Source: Adineta vaga (Eukaryota > Animalia > Rotifera). Taken from it: a stretch of 64,000 nucleotides of DNA. Position 1 is the stretch's first letter. Each line of letters begins with the position of its first letter. The stretch is from the NCBI GenBank assembly GCA_021613535.1, contig CP075496.1:7006001-7070000 (forward strand), read 5' to 3'. Below, one piece after another: positions 27,170-39,876 of this stretch. Made by a program: the position numbers and the translations under genes. The notes under the pieces are model-generated. The model was not told where the DNA came from and searched no databases. It saw only the letters and a program-made list of their open reading frames with translations.

Positions 27170-28023
27170 ATGTCTTATAAAACAGCAAAAAAAAATCATC
27201 ATAAAGATCGTGAATATATTGATCGTGCACCTAAATCTGCTGACAATAACGATGATGATGACGATGATGATGATGAATTTCATTCTGCCGATGAAGACAA
27301 TGAAGATAGTAAACCAAGTGAACAAATTCGAATACCATTAGCTATGTGGGATGTAAACCAATGTGATCCAAAACGTTGTACTGGTCGTAAACTAGTTCGA
27401 CATGGATTCGTTAGACCATTGAAGTTGGGCAATCATTTCGGTGGTCTTATTCTTTCTCCCATGGGTCAAAAATGTGTTTCACCTGAAGACAAACAAATCG
27501 TCTTGGACAGTGGTATTGCTGTTGTTGATTGTTCATGGGCGAAATTAGATGAAACACCATTTTCACGAATGAAAGGCAAACATTTAAGATTACTTCCATA
27601 TTTAGTTGCGACAAACAATGTTAATTACGGTAAGTTTTTATGATTTTATTCTGCGAATTTACAAAATCATTTTAACACTTTCAAGGAAAACCATGTCAAC
27701 TATCATGTGTTGAAGCATTTGCTGCTGCATTAGCAATTGTTGGTTTACGTGATTATGGTTCAATATTATTAGATAAATTTAAATGGGGACATGGTTTTTA
27801 TACATTAAATTCATCATTACTGGACGCATATGAGAAATGTGATTCGGCACAAGCGATTATTGAATGTGATAAACGTTTTCGAACAGGAGAAGAAATTTTT
27901 ACAGACAGTTATCAACCTAATCGTGATATGCCTCCATCAGAATCATCCGAGGAAGAAGAAGAAGAAGAAGAAGAAGAAAATTTACATGTTGAAAAACTTT
28001 CATTAAACACAACAAGTGAATAA
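27170..28023 (+). CDS. TSR3: 18S rRNA aminocarboxypropyltransferase
   Basis: [43 protein letters not shown]|[33 protein letters not shown] tail. One intron near 27630-27685. Confidence 0.96.
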
Positions 28024-28090
28024 TAATTTTATTTTTTGTTTGTTCGTTTGTTTTTAGATTAAAGATATAAATAATTTCGAAAACCAAAAC

Positions 28091-28953
28091 ATGGCAGCTT
28101 CAAAACAAGGTTACTTTTATTAATTAAATAATATCAATCATATTGATCATTGTTTTTTAGTCGGTAAAATGGCTTCAAAGTTGAAGGCAGCTGCATCGAA
28201 AGTTGTTCTTCAACCTTACTTTCAAATGGATATTCCTGCTGGTCAAGCAAGTCCTGCTCCGCCACTTGGTCCTATTCTTGGTCAACATTCATTGAATATT
28301 GCACAATTCTGTAAAGATTTCAATGAAAGAACGAAAGATTACAAAGAAGGAATACCTTTACCATGTCATGTTTACGTTAAAGTTTGTGTTATATACATCG
28401 TTTCGTTCCGAATATAATTCACATTTATTTAGCCGGATCGAACATATGAATTAGTTTTTTATACACCAACAGTCGATCATCTTCTCCTTCAAGCAGCTGG
28501 ACTCAAACGACCTGCATTGAATATCGGTATATAGTTTTTCTATGTTATGTTCCTTTTTTTGTGTGTGTAAATCATTCATTGTAGGTAAAGAACCCGGTGG
28601 TCGATTAAGTGTTAAACATATCTATGAAATTGCTAAAGTAAAAATTCAAGGTATGTCAAGTAGATCGATGATACAGAATTATGTATGACTTTTATTTATC
28701 TTTTTTTTCTTCTTCAGATGAACCATATCAAGGTTTAACTATGAAAGACATGTGTCGAGTGCTAATTCAACATGCCAATAAACTCGGTATGGAAGTTGTC
28801 AGTAATCTCAATGTTGAAGAACATCGACAATATATGGATGATCTTCGTATTCTACATGAAAAACAAGCGAAAGAAGCTGAAGAAGCTCAACAAGCAAAAC
28901 TTTTGCGTGGTGCTACAGCTGCCGCTGCTGCTGAAAAAAGCGGAAAAAAATAA
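28091..28953 (+). CDS. MRPL11: Mitochondrial ribosomal protein uL11m
   Basis: [68 protein letters not shown]. 5 exons. Confidence 0.95.
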
Positions 28954-29092
28954 TTCTGACGTGTTTTTTTTCCTTGTGTTTTTGTAATTGCATCATGTTC
29001 TTCGTTTATGACGTATTTTTAGATGATGTTATAAATTATGTCATAAATCTAAGCAATTTCATTCATTGGTTTCTTTGTCTCATATACGAAAG

Positions 29093-30674
29093 ATGTTAAT
29101 CACACAAAAGATCAATACACCTGAATATCGAGCATTATTAACTCCACATCTATTGAAATTAGCAGAATTATTTCGTGCTAATCAATATGAAATTCGAGTA
29201 GCTGGTGGAGCTGTAAGAGATATTTTAATGGGTATTCTCCCTCATGATATCGATTTTGCAACAACGGCGACACCTGAACAAATGAAAGATATGTTTACAC
29301 AAGCGAATATAAGAATGATTAATTGTAATGGTGAAGAACACGGAACAATAACTGCACGTATTGATGATAGAGAAAATTTTGAAATTACGACATTACGAAT
29401 TGATAAAACTACCGATGGAAGACATGCTGAAGTTGAATATACACAAGATTGGCAATTAGATGCTAATCGACGAGATCTGACGATTAATTCACTTTTTCTT
29501 GGTTAGTTTTCTAGTATGATAATGAAAAATTCATCTATCTATATTTTGTTTGTTTAGATTTCAATGGAACAGTTTATGATTATTTTAATGGAATTGAAGA
29601 TCTTCAACATCGTCGTATATGTTTCGTTGGTGATGCAGTACAACGTATTCGAGAAGATTATCTTCGTATTCTTCGATATTTCCGGTAGATAATATTGAAA
29701 TTGTTTGTATAGTAGTCTTAATTCGTTCTTTCTTTTCGAATGCAAAAGATTTTTCGGCCGTTTTGCACCTGATAATGCCATACATGACGAACAAACATTA
29801 AAAGCAATTCGAGATAATGTCGAAGGATTAAAAGGTATAGCAATAGAGAAAGAAATACTAAATTCCATGTACTTATAGATATTGCTGGTGAACGATTATG
29901 GATCGAATTAAAACGTATAACCGAAGGTGAAATGCTGGTTCTGTTTTGAAAGTAATGCTTGAACAAAATATTGGTCCATATTTGGGTATGTTTTATTCTG
30001 TGATACATATTAACATATGACTGTTAAATCTATTGAAGGTATACCATCAGATGCTGATGCTAATCAATTGGAAGATCATTGGCAACAGAGCTATCAAGCT
30101 AAACCACATGAAATGACTATTTTAACTAAACTTTTTCGTAATACGCATGAAGTAAGTTATATCATCTTCAAATGAGTTACTTTTCTCTTCTCCTTTCATA
30201 TAAACCTAGTTAGGAAAATTCGAACAACGTTTGAAATATTCGAATGATTGCCGTCGTCTATCTCAATTACTCATTACATATCGTGATTCTATATCTCTGC
30301 TTGATTCTTCTTCAACTGATCGTTTAAAACCTTATAAAGATTTAGTGATTGATTTGATTATCAACGATCCAATGGCTAAAGAAAGAATTGTTGAATTACT
30401 TAAATATCAACATCATTTATCTGAAGCTCAACAATTATCTGACTGGACTATACCACGTTTTCCAGTTACCGGTAATATGCTTACATCAAAAGGTATCAAA
30501 CAAGGACCAAATTTTAAATTAATATTAAATGCACTTCGAGACAATTGGAAACAATCACATTTTCAAGCAACAGAAAATCAATTGATTGATGAAGTTCTTC
30601 CACATGTTTTAGAAACATTGGCACATACGAATCCTAACGATACTATTCCAAAAAAACGTAAAGAAAAAGAATAA
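29093..30674 (+). CDS. TRNT1: CCA tRNA nucleotidyltransferase, copy a (canonical motifs; 1-nt frameshift at about 29929 in this sequence)
   Basis: [67 protein letters not shown]. The frame breaks after GGT at 29926-29928, giving TGA at 29947. Confidence 0.9.
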
Positions 30675-30913
30675 AATCTGTTCACATTCCTTTTGTAAAG
30701 AAATATATTCTTTTTATGTAATGTTTCTTTTTCATTGATTTAAAAAAACCGATAACCATTAAATGAAAGTTGAAGTTCGATTTCTCCTGTGCAACAGGAA
30801 GCAGATAGTTGAAGACACACTAGTTTTCCATCAATAAAATAAGTCTGATCGCATATGTTTAAAACATTCGTATGAGATGAAAATCGAATATTATCGTATT
30901 GCATTTTCAGACA

Positions 30914-32474
30914 ATGGCATCTTCATCATTTGTTCGTTGTTATCAATTAAATCCATCTGATTATACATATTTATTTTCATCACAATTAACGTATCTTTTT
31001 TCATTATTTAACGAACATGATTATTCAATTCGAGTTGTTGGTGGAGCTGTTCGAGATATTCTATTAGGTGTTACACCGCATGATATTGATTTAGCTACAA
31101 CAGCAACAACGGATGATATGATGAGATTAATTCAGGGTGATTCTAATATTGAACTTGTCTATACACGTGCAGAACATTTTGGTACATTAACATTGATTGT
31201 TGGGACTACCGTACGAGTAAGTCAAATGCACATCAAAGTTCTCAATGTTATTTTTCTTCCTATATATTTATATATACACTTGAAGAAAACATTTCAAGTC
31301 ACAACTTTGAAACGATGTATCATTCGTCATGGTAAAGATGTTCAAGTTGAATTTACAGATAATTGGAGTATTGATGCTCAACAACGAGATCTATCAATTA
31401 ATAGTTTATCAATGGATGAACATGGTATTGTTTATGATTATATCAATGGTATTGATGATCTAAAAATGAATCGAATTCATTTCAATGGAAATATTCTTAC
31501 ACGATTACAAGAAAATCCTATTCGAATGCTTCGATATTTTCGGTATGAATAGACTATTTGTTTACCCACACCCTTAAATATTTTGTTTCGTTGAAGATTT
31601 TGCGGTCAATTATCATCAGATCCTCATGAACATGATTCAATTGTACTGGATGCGATTCGAAAAAGTGCTATGTTCCTACAAGGTATGGACTATTTCAATT
31701 GAATAAATATAGTGTTTATTATTCTAGATGTACCTGGTGAAAAAATTTGGACTGAATTGAAACTTATTCTAACTAGTCGTTTTGCTGGTCATCTCATGCG
31801 AACTATTCTTGAACTACAACTTGCCCCATTCTTGGGTGCGCGAAGGTGTTTTATAATATTATTTTCTAAGATTTTAGTTTTTTCTTCTTCTCAAAAAAGG
31901 TTTACCCGAATTATTCGAAGGAATGTTTGAATTAGAAAATCGTTGGTTACGATGTATGAATTGTCAACCGAAACCCATGACTTTACTTATGACACTTTTC
32001 GATGATCAAGATGAAGTAAAACTCATATATTAACTCGAATGAAAATCAATATTTTTCTCTTAGTTTGATACTTTCTGTAAGCGTATTAAATGTTCCTCGT
32101 ATGAAAAAAATCTTGGTCAATTTTTATTCAATTATCGATATTTAATTCAACCATCAGATAAATATGATTTACTCTCGTCATATAAGGAATATCTCATCAA
32201 TAATCATTTAACTCAACAAGAAATTTTATATGAATATGTACTTGAATTATTGAAATATCAAGGTCATATTAGTTTAATTGATGATATGAAACAATGGTCA
32301 ATACCAACGTTTTCTATAAATGCATGGGATCTTCGAGAGAATGGTTTAACATCTAGTCATCATTTCTCCAGTTTTCTTCGAAAGCTACGAGAACGATGGA
32401 TATCAAGTGAATATCAAATGTCTAAAAAAGAACTCATCGAATACGGTTTCAAATCAGGTCTATTTTATAGATGA
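30914..32474 (+). CDS. Divergent TRNT1-like tRNA nucleotidyltransferase, copy b (intact, 6 exons)
   Basis: VGGAVRD..DIDLAT, HFGTL, DAQQRDLSINSL, DYINGIDDL, ENPIRMLRYFRF, PGEKIWTEL, WSIPTFSI. All exons join in frame and four intron positions are shared with copy a. Confidence 0.9.
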
Positions 32475-32845
32475 AGAGCAATCTTGTCATTTTGTTATTC
32501 TGTTTTTTTATATGAAATCTTCTTTTTTTCCGGTGATGTGAAAAAATAAACAAGTCAAATTTGTTCGATATATTTGATATTTTAAGTTTATTATGCGTAC
32601 ATGATATATGCGCTAAGTAGCTTCGTGTTAAAGAGACAAAAGAGAATGTGCTTTCTTATTCATGTATGTTAAAAATATGATAATGATATGTTTAATTAAA
32701 ATTTCATCACTTTTATGTATGCATTTTCTTTATCCTGATATTAAAATATCTAGGCTACTTCTATTTCCATGAATTAATTAGACTTCGGGTATTTTATAAA
32801 CGTCTCTAGAAGTAAAATAGTTCATTTAACATCTTTCACACCAAA

Positions 32846-33808
32846 ATGTCAACCAATTTATTACCAGTCATTCAAATGGAACTTAACCGTTATAGTTTAT
32901 CTCTTATATTCATCTTGGGTATTATTGGAAATTGTCTTTGTATACTAATTTTCAAAAAACATTATCGACGATCTTGTTCTATGTATTTATCATGGGCATC
33001 TATTTTCAATAATCTTTATCTTATTTTCGCACTTCCACCAACACTTTATAGTCTTACTTATGGAGATTTAAATTCTCGTTCATTAATTTATTGTAAATTA
33101 CGTTTCTATTTAACACATACATTAGGTCAAGTTGCTCGAAGTTTTGTTATCTTAGCATGTATTGATCGTTTTTCATTAACAACAATCAATATTCGTTTTC
33201 GCCAATTGACTCAACCATTCACAGCACGAATTCTAATGCTATGTATATTTCTCTTTTGGCATATATTGACTATTCATATACCAATACTAACTACGATTAA
33301 CAATGGACGATGTAATCAATTTGGTATTTACTATATTTTATATTATAGTCATCTCATTGTATTTGTTTGTATAATTCCAATTATACTCATGAGTATATTT
33401 GGTTACTTAACATATCGAAATATGAGACGATTACATTTACGTATTCAACCAGCAAGAAATTCTCTTCGTAATCAACACGAAAATAATCCCATACAACGTC
33501 GTGATCGTGAATTACTCACTATGGTTTTAACTGAAGTTGTCACTCATCTTCTAACAATGTTATTATACCCATTTATAATGTTCGAAATTGCATTAACAAC
33601 ATATATCGGTGTAAATAAAAGTCTCGATTATATTCGTATCGAAAATTTCATTATGACAATTGCATCACTGCTATTATTTACCAATGTAGGATCACGTTTT
33701 TATATATTCTTTGCTATATCAAAACCATTTCGAAATGAACTCAGAAAATGCATCTATTCATTATGGAAACGAGAAGTAACTACCAATGAAGTAATTTTAC
33801 CAGCATAA
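32846..33808 (+). CDS. Intronless class A (rhodopsin-like) orphan GPCR, 320 aa
   Basis: Seven hydrophobic helices, GIIGN in TM1, CKLRFY, ACIDRF (DRY variant), SKPFR helix 8. Confidence 0.92.
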   Translation: MSTNLLPVIQMELNRYSLSLIFILGIIGNCLCILIFKKHYRRSCSMYLSWASIFNNLYLIFALPPTLYSLTYGDLNSRSLIYCKLRFYLTHTLGQVARSFVILACIDRFSLTTINIRFRQLTQPFTARILMLCIFLFWHILTIHIPILTTINNGRCNQFGIYYILYYSHLIVFVCIIPIILMSIFGYLTYRNMRRLHLRIQPARNSLRNQHENNPIQRRDRELLTMVLTEVVTHLLTMLLYPFIMFEIALTTYIGVNKSLDYIRIENFIMTIASLLLFTNVGSRFYIFFAISKPFRNELRKCIYSLWKREVTTNEVILPA

Positions 33809-34001
33809 TTATCTTCGCAATAATTTATATAGAAATTCTAAAACGTTATTTTTATTTTGTTAACTATATTAAAACTGCCATTCGAATATGTTTTGTTAAT
33901 AAATATCAAAACGAAAAATCAAAAAGGAAAATTATAACTCAACAAGTATACAAAAAGAAAACGATAATTTGTTCTCTATTTCGAATGACTTTTCTTTGCA
34001 C

Positions 34002-36339
34002 TTATGTCATCCATATATCAAGAAAATGATCATGAAATTCCGAATGTAAGTGTAAATTTGTTGAAAGCCATGTTAATGTTTGAATCTGAAAATGTTCCGT
34101 GAGTTTGCCAGCTAAACGAATACGTATTGATGATAAATGTTTGAAATTTTGAATAAGTTTAAAAAGAATTTCCTGAAAATCAATATCATCCATATTCATA
34201 CATAAAGATAAATGTTCAATATTAGAAAATAATTCAATAAATTGATCAACAATTGATAATGTTAAACGACCATACGATAAAGTTAATTTTTTAATCATCA
34301 TATTTAATAACCAACATAACCATGCATCACCAAAATCATTAATCATATGTAAAAGATTATGATAAGATGAACTTAAACAATGAATATTTGGTGCTTTACA
34401 AAGAAGTAAAAATAATGTATGACCAGAAAGTAAAGAATAGAGTTTTAAATGACGAATTTTTGTTAAATCAATTGTTGATGATAAATATGAAACCAGAGAA
34501 CTATTCGAATGATCACTGTAGGATTCACCATCACATATGGATAATGATGTGACATGACGAAATTTACGAACAGGTATATTCTCAGAATATAAACCTAGAG
34601 AGAAAAAGATCATTTAACATATAATCAATCATTAATAAAACATTTGCATATCTTACCTTGAACGGATACTTTCAAATGAGTAACTTTATCGTAAGCATTC
34701 TCCAATAATATACTACGATTATCGAAATCATTCAATGGTTGTGAACCATTCAATGTTGAAATAAACAAATTTTTATAGAATGGTATCGTATAAATTGTTA
34801 ATCGAGAAAGACATTGAAAATAATCACAAATAACTGACCAATTTTTTTCTTTCCAAAATGTTGTTTGAAATGATTGAGAGATTAAATTTATGTCCAATGA
34901 ATGATAAATATATGTTGTCATAACACATTCAAAACGTCGTAATAATGGTAGATTTTGTAGTACCCGTTCCCATCGATATCCATCAACCTTTTAAACAAGA
35001 AAAAGAATTCGATATTTTCTTACGCAACAAAAAAAGAAAGGATTCAATAACGTACAAGTTCAGCTCGAAATGATGAACAACAAAGATGTTTTAAATTCAC
35101 CAAGCAATTTAATAATTGTTCGATATGTTCGAATTCTACATTAGAAAAACGTAAATTTAAATTGAAATAACTTAATTGTATTGGTAGACGTAATCGAATG
35201 ATATCGAAAGCTGCTGCATCATAATCTTGATTGTAATATTTTTGTTGATTGATATTAATTGTTAATCGTTTAACATTTGGAATAAACGATAATAGCGATA
35301 GAATATTTTGAAAATATGATAAATCAATGGAAATATTTTCTAATTGATTCTTTTGTGATGTATTTAAGATTGTTTCATCACAATCAACACCATCACAAAG
35401 CGATAGACGACATGAACGAAGTGTTGAATGTTTTAGAAGAAATTGACAAATAAATCTTTTATCATTCATATCAATTGTTCGATTTGTTACGATTGAAAGA
35501 TTTTCAAGTTGAGAAGATAATCTGACCAGAAGGGATTTGATTTGTGATGTTGTCGCATCATTGAGTGAAAGAGAGCGAAGTGATGGAATTGTTAAATAGG
35601 GATATTCACGAATAAAAAGTCCTATAGCACCATAAGTTTCATCATTCGATATATGTAAAGAATGAAGACGTGAAAGTACAGATGGTAATGGTAAAATTGA
35701 GAGGAGACAGTAATCGTATTCATCTTTGGAGATATGTGCAATATCCAAATGAAAATTAAGTTGAAAATCATTGATAATTGAATTGAAACGATTGTTGAGA
35801 CTAAAATAAATAACGATTGTATTATATCATTTGATTTCAACATTCTTTTTTTTAAGATATCTTCAAAAATTAGGAGCATGTTAAACTTACTTGTGAAGAC
35901 TATGATAGATATCATATGGTTTCAAATAACTAATCATATCCAGAAGAATTTCATCTGGAAGACATTCTAATGTACTACAGACAACATCATCATCATCATT
36001 TATATCACAGATAGTTGTTGTTAATAACTAGAAATATAAAACAAAACAATGCATATGATAAATAATTTATAGCATTATAAAATATCACTTGTAATTCATC
36101 ATCATTAGCATTTCGTATGGTACTATCAACTGGTACTATTAAATTGTCTGACTGTTCAATAAAATCAGATACTTTCTAGAAAAATTATATTCCATAAATG
36201 TTTTAATTAGATATGAAAAGAAAATTGAATTTTTCCAAACCTGTTGTTGTTGTTGATTGATTTGTTGTGTTGATGAAATGAATTTCCAACAAATGAAAAT
36301 AAGTGTACAGAAACATACACCAAATATGAATAATAACAT
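34002..36339 (-). CDS. F-box domain + degenerate LRR protein with N-terminal hydrophobic anchor
   Basis: Exons give MLLFIFGVCFCTLIFICW, F-box STLECLPDEILLDMISYL...LNNRFNSII, LxxLxL repeats, VDGYRWERVL, YTIPF, IDLTKIRHL. Confidence 0.85.
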
Positions 36340-36510
36340 TTCTAATCTATTCCCTAAAATATAATCATCTGAAAAAGTAAGAAGTCAAAATAACAAAAGA
36401 TTTCTCTGATAAATCATTCATTGTTTTTCACCGTACTCTATTGACTACGTAGATTTATACATTACAAACAAACAAACAAACAAAGAAACAAACAGAAAAA
36501 ACAGAGGATT

Positions 36511-38726
36511 TTATGTATAAATAAGAAGTAATTGTTTTATTTTATCGAATAAACGTCGAATTGGTGATCGTAATCTAGTTAATCGTTGAGCAAGTTTTAG
36601 AAATTTAAATTCATTCTGACGTATATACGTTTCAGTATCACGTAACATTTGTTCAATACGTTCTGGTCGATGTTCATCCAAAACAAAATCCGCACTCATA
36701 AATGGATTTACTCGAAAATAAATATTCGGCGGTAAAAGATCATGTAAACATACATGAATTGTTTCCGTATTTGTAACACTATCGACCAAAGATGATAATT
36801 TTTGTTTTACTAAGAAAAAAAAGAACAAAGATTTAACATTCTTCGATATGAAGGATTTGTCAACAACTGTTTAAAACAGAATTCATTTCTCTAGTAGTAT
36901 AGTCTGATTTAAAAGTCTTCTATACATACACTTCAATACATCTCGTCTGAACTTTAATTATATGAAAACAAGAATGAAATCTTGTTGTATCAACAAATTT
37001 CTTTAAATAAACAAAATATTCATTTACAAGTCATTGACTTTGATTGAAATAATACATCAGGTGCAGGTCTACCATTGCCTAATGATACCACACATTGAAA
37101 ATCTTCATCGGGCCATAATAATCGACATTCATGCAAAGCAATACTTGTTGGATTATTTGCTATCAATCCACCATCCTTTAATAAAACATAGAATGAAAAG
37201 ACTTCTTTTTTTCTTTCTATTTAATGAAAATAATGACAATTCACATACTTGAAATACATTTCCATCTAATAAAAATTCTTCAAAATAACCCGGTGCACAC
37301 GTTGATGCACGTACAGCTTCCCAAACTTTATATTTTGATGTTCCATCATAATGTGTATGAGGTGATGATAAGATCGAATAATTACGAAATAAAAATAATT
37401 TATAGCCAACTGGAATAGTCAATGCAGAGATTATACTGAACTAAATAGGATCAGAATGATATACGAGAAGAAACAATCGTGTTTTGGTATTTACTTTTGG
37501 TGAATCACTATCTTGCGAAGTTTTAATCATTAAACGTTCACCCATTCGTGTTCTAAATAGAAATGATTTCGTTTTTTTTTCACAATCCAGTTTAACATTT
37601 CAGTAAGATTTTTCTTTACCTCAAATAATTCTCGAAACTTTTTGTATCATAATAGGATTGACTAGTGATTAATGAACTAATACCTAATGCTTTATTTCGA
37701 TGGAATACTGTTGTACTAAAATGTTTATACAATTCTTCACATTCGTTTAAATTAACTTTGAATGCACCTAAAATAATTGAAAAACATGCTTAGACATTAT
37801 CTATCTTCATATAGTTGTTTTCTAACCAAGCATAGCTGCGATAACAGCACCGGTTGATACTCCACACATATAATCGAACATTGTATGAATAGGTTCTCCA
37901 ACGAGATCTTCAATTCGACGAAGTGCATTGAGAGAAATAAGACCTCTAGAAAAGAAATCCAATTAATATTATAATATATTTCTATCGAACTCACATCGCA
38001 CCTCATTCCACCGCCATCAATACATAATAATCGAATACCTTTGCCTTTCGGTTTTGGAACATAATTCGCTAATGTTAGACATTCATTGATCATATTAATA
38101 AATTTCTTATCAATCACAGGTTTATGACGTTCTTGTCGACGAAGAAATAATAGATAGGGTATTAATCGTTCCTAAAAAGAAGATAATAGAAATATTTGTG
38201 ACGTAATTTGATTTTGTAAAACCTTTTTTGTAAAATAATTTGCATCAGGATGTTGAAGAAGATAATTCGAAAGTTCTTCTATTCGTATGGCTTGAGATAA
38301 GGTTGATGAGGCTGTGTTAATCGAACGTATTAAAGATTTTGTTCGTTGTTCAAGAGTTTCAGGTGTAACTATACGTACAGTCGATTGTAACTGTTCATTT
38401 TTGATTGACAAATTTGTTGATGTACTACTAGTTAAACCTGTTATTCGATTACTAACAGCATTGAGTGCACCCCAACCTAAACCAATGGCATTGACAGCAG
38501 CATCGGCTGCTGAACTAACAACAGCTTGTGCTTGTTGTTTTGGTGTTGGTTTTGATTGTGAAGATGTTGGTGTTGTGCTGGCAGATTGTGCATCATTTTT
38601 CTCGATTGGTTTAGGTTCAGGATATAGTATGGATGCAAGAGATGCATTTGTACTTTGATGACAATAAATTGAAGTAGTTTTAATTAGGATCGATTTAGTT
38701 ATTAGGTGCTTTGAAGATACAAACAT
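36511..38726 (-). CDS. PNPLA8: Calcium-independent phospholipase A2-gamma (patatin-like)
   Basis: PKGKGIRLLCIDGGGMRG, FDYMCGVSTG nucleophile elbow, LFRNY, WEAVRASTCAPGYF, DGG, YFRVNP. Confidence 0.93.
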
Positions 38727-39876
38727 ATTATGTGTTTGTATATGGAGATATATATGAATGATTTTGAGTTTGTATATGAAAAAAAAGTAGAGACAGATTG
38801 GCCATGTGACAGAAAGTATGAGTCAGCATCGACGAAATTAACATATTTCTGTCGAATGGTGTCGCTATCGTACAGTAGAAGTAGATTGTCACTGACTTAT
38901 TTTTCAGTTCACCATTAAAAAATTTGCTTTACCAAGGAAACGTTATCTAAAGATTTTTTCAATGTATATGTTTTTGAAAGAAATACAGTAACCATACGTT
39001 GAGAATGATATGATCTAAAAACTGAAAAATTGAATGAGACTGATTCTGATACTTTTGTCGAATATTTACAATAGACAAAAATTTCTTTTACCACGAGCTA
39101 ATACATATCGGAGAGAGAAAAATCTATTACCGAATACATACGGATGTTATGTGTAATCTACATATGTAACTCTCTTCTTTAGCTTATTGATGTAAGAGTA
39201 TTGTAGTTTTGAGAAACGTTTAATAGCACGACTGTGTTGGTTAATTATCCAGTAATCGAGTAGGAAACATCAAAGATCTAGCGAAGAGATCCAGCTACCT
39301 TTTGTTTGGAAAGGTTTATTAGGTTTGAAAGAATGCCCATCACATCCGTTAATCGATTTACTGTTTCTTTTTTTCTCGAGGAATATTTATTGCGCAGCTT
39401 TATTGATTCATCGACACCATGGGAAATTTCCAAGTATGTGAAATTACTTTGATTTCTCAAAGAAATTTCGTTTATTCATAATTAATAAAATATGAACTAT
39501 CTGTAATATCGATATACTTATTCCAAAGCTATCTTCGTTGTTTTTAACGAAAAAAAATCAATATTTCAAATACCAAAATGGCTGAATGACCTTTACCATC
39601 ACTAATTTTACTTGAAAATATGCAAATCTATGTTGAATGAAAAGTAATATTATATCAGTTATTAGTGTTGCCTATATGGTTATGGATTTCAAATGGTAAA
39701 TTATAACCCTATTCATACCTTTTCTTCTTGTTATTTTTATTTTTGAGATCTGTTATTTGTATGATTCATAGACGAAAATAAACATCAACAAGCCAGTCAT
39801 TTGTTATTTTATTCATATTTTTATGACTCGTATCTTATTATATATAAAATCTTTACTTCAGAAAATAACTACTCGT

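Noticed and set aside
29009-29026. TGA recoding (selenocysteine or alternative code) in the TRNT1a leader
   Set aside because: TGA is a normal stop in many genes here, and no SECIS-like element was seen.
38314-38658. Plus-strand ORF (and similar ones at 41118, 50151, 29554)
   Set aside because: Antisense shadows of real coding exons.
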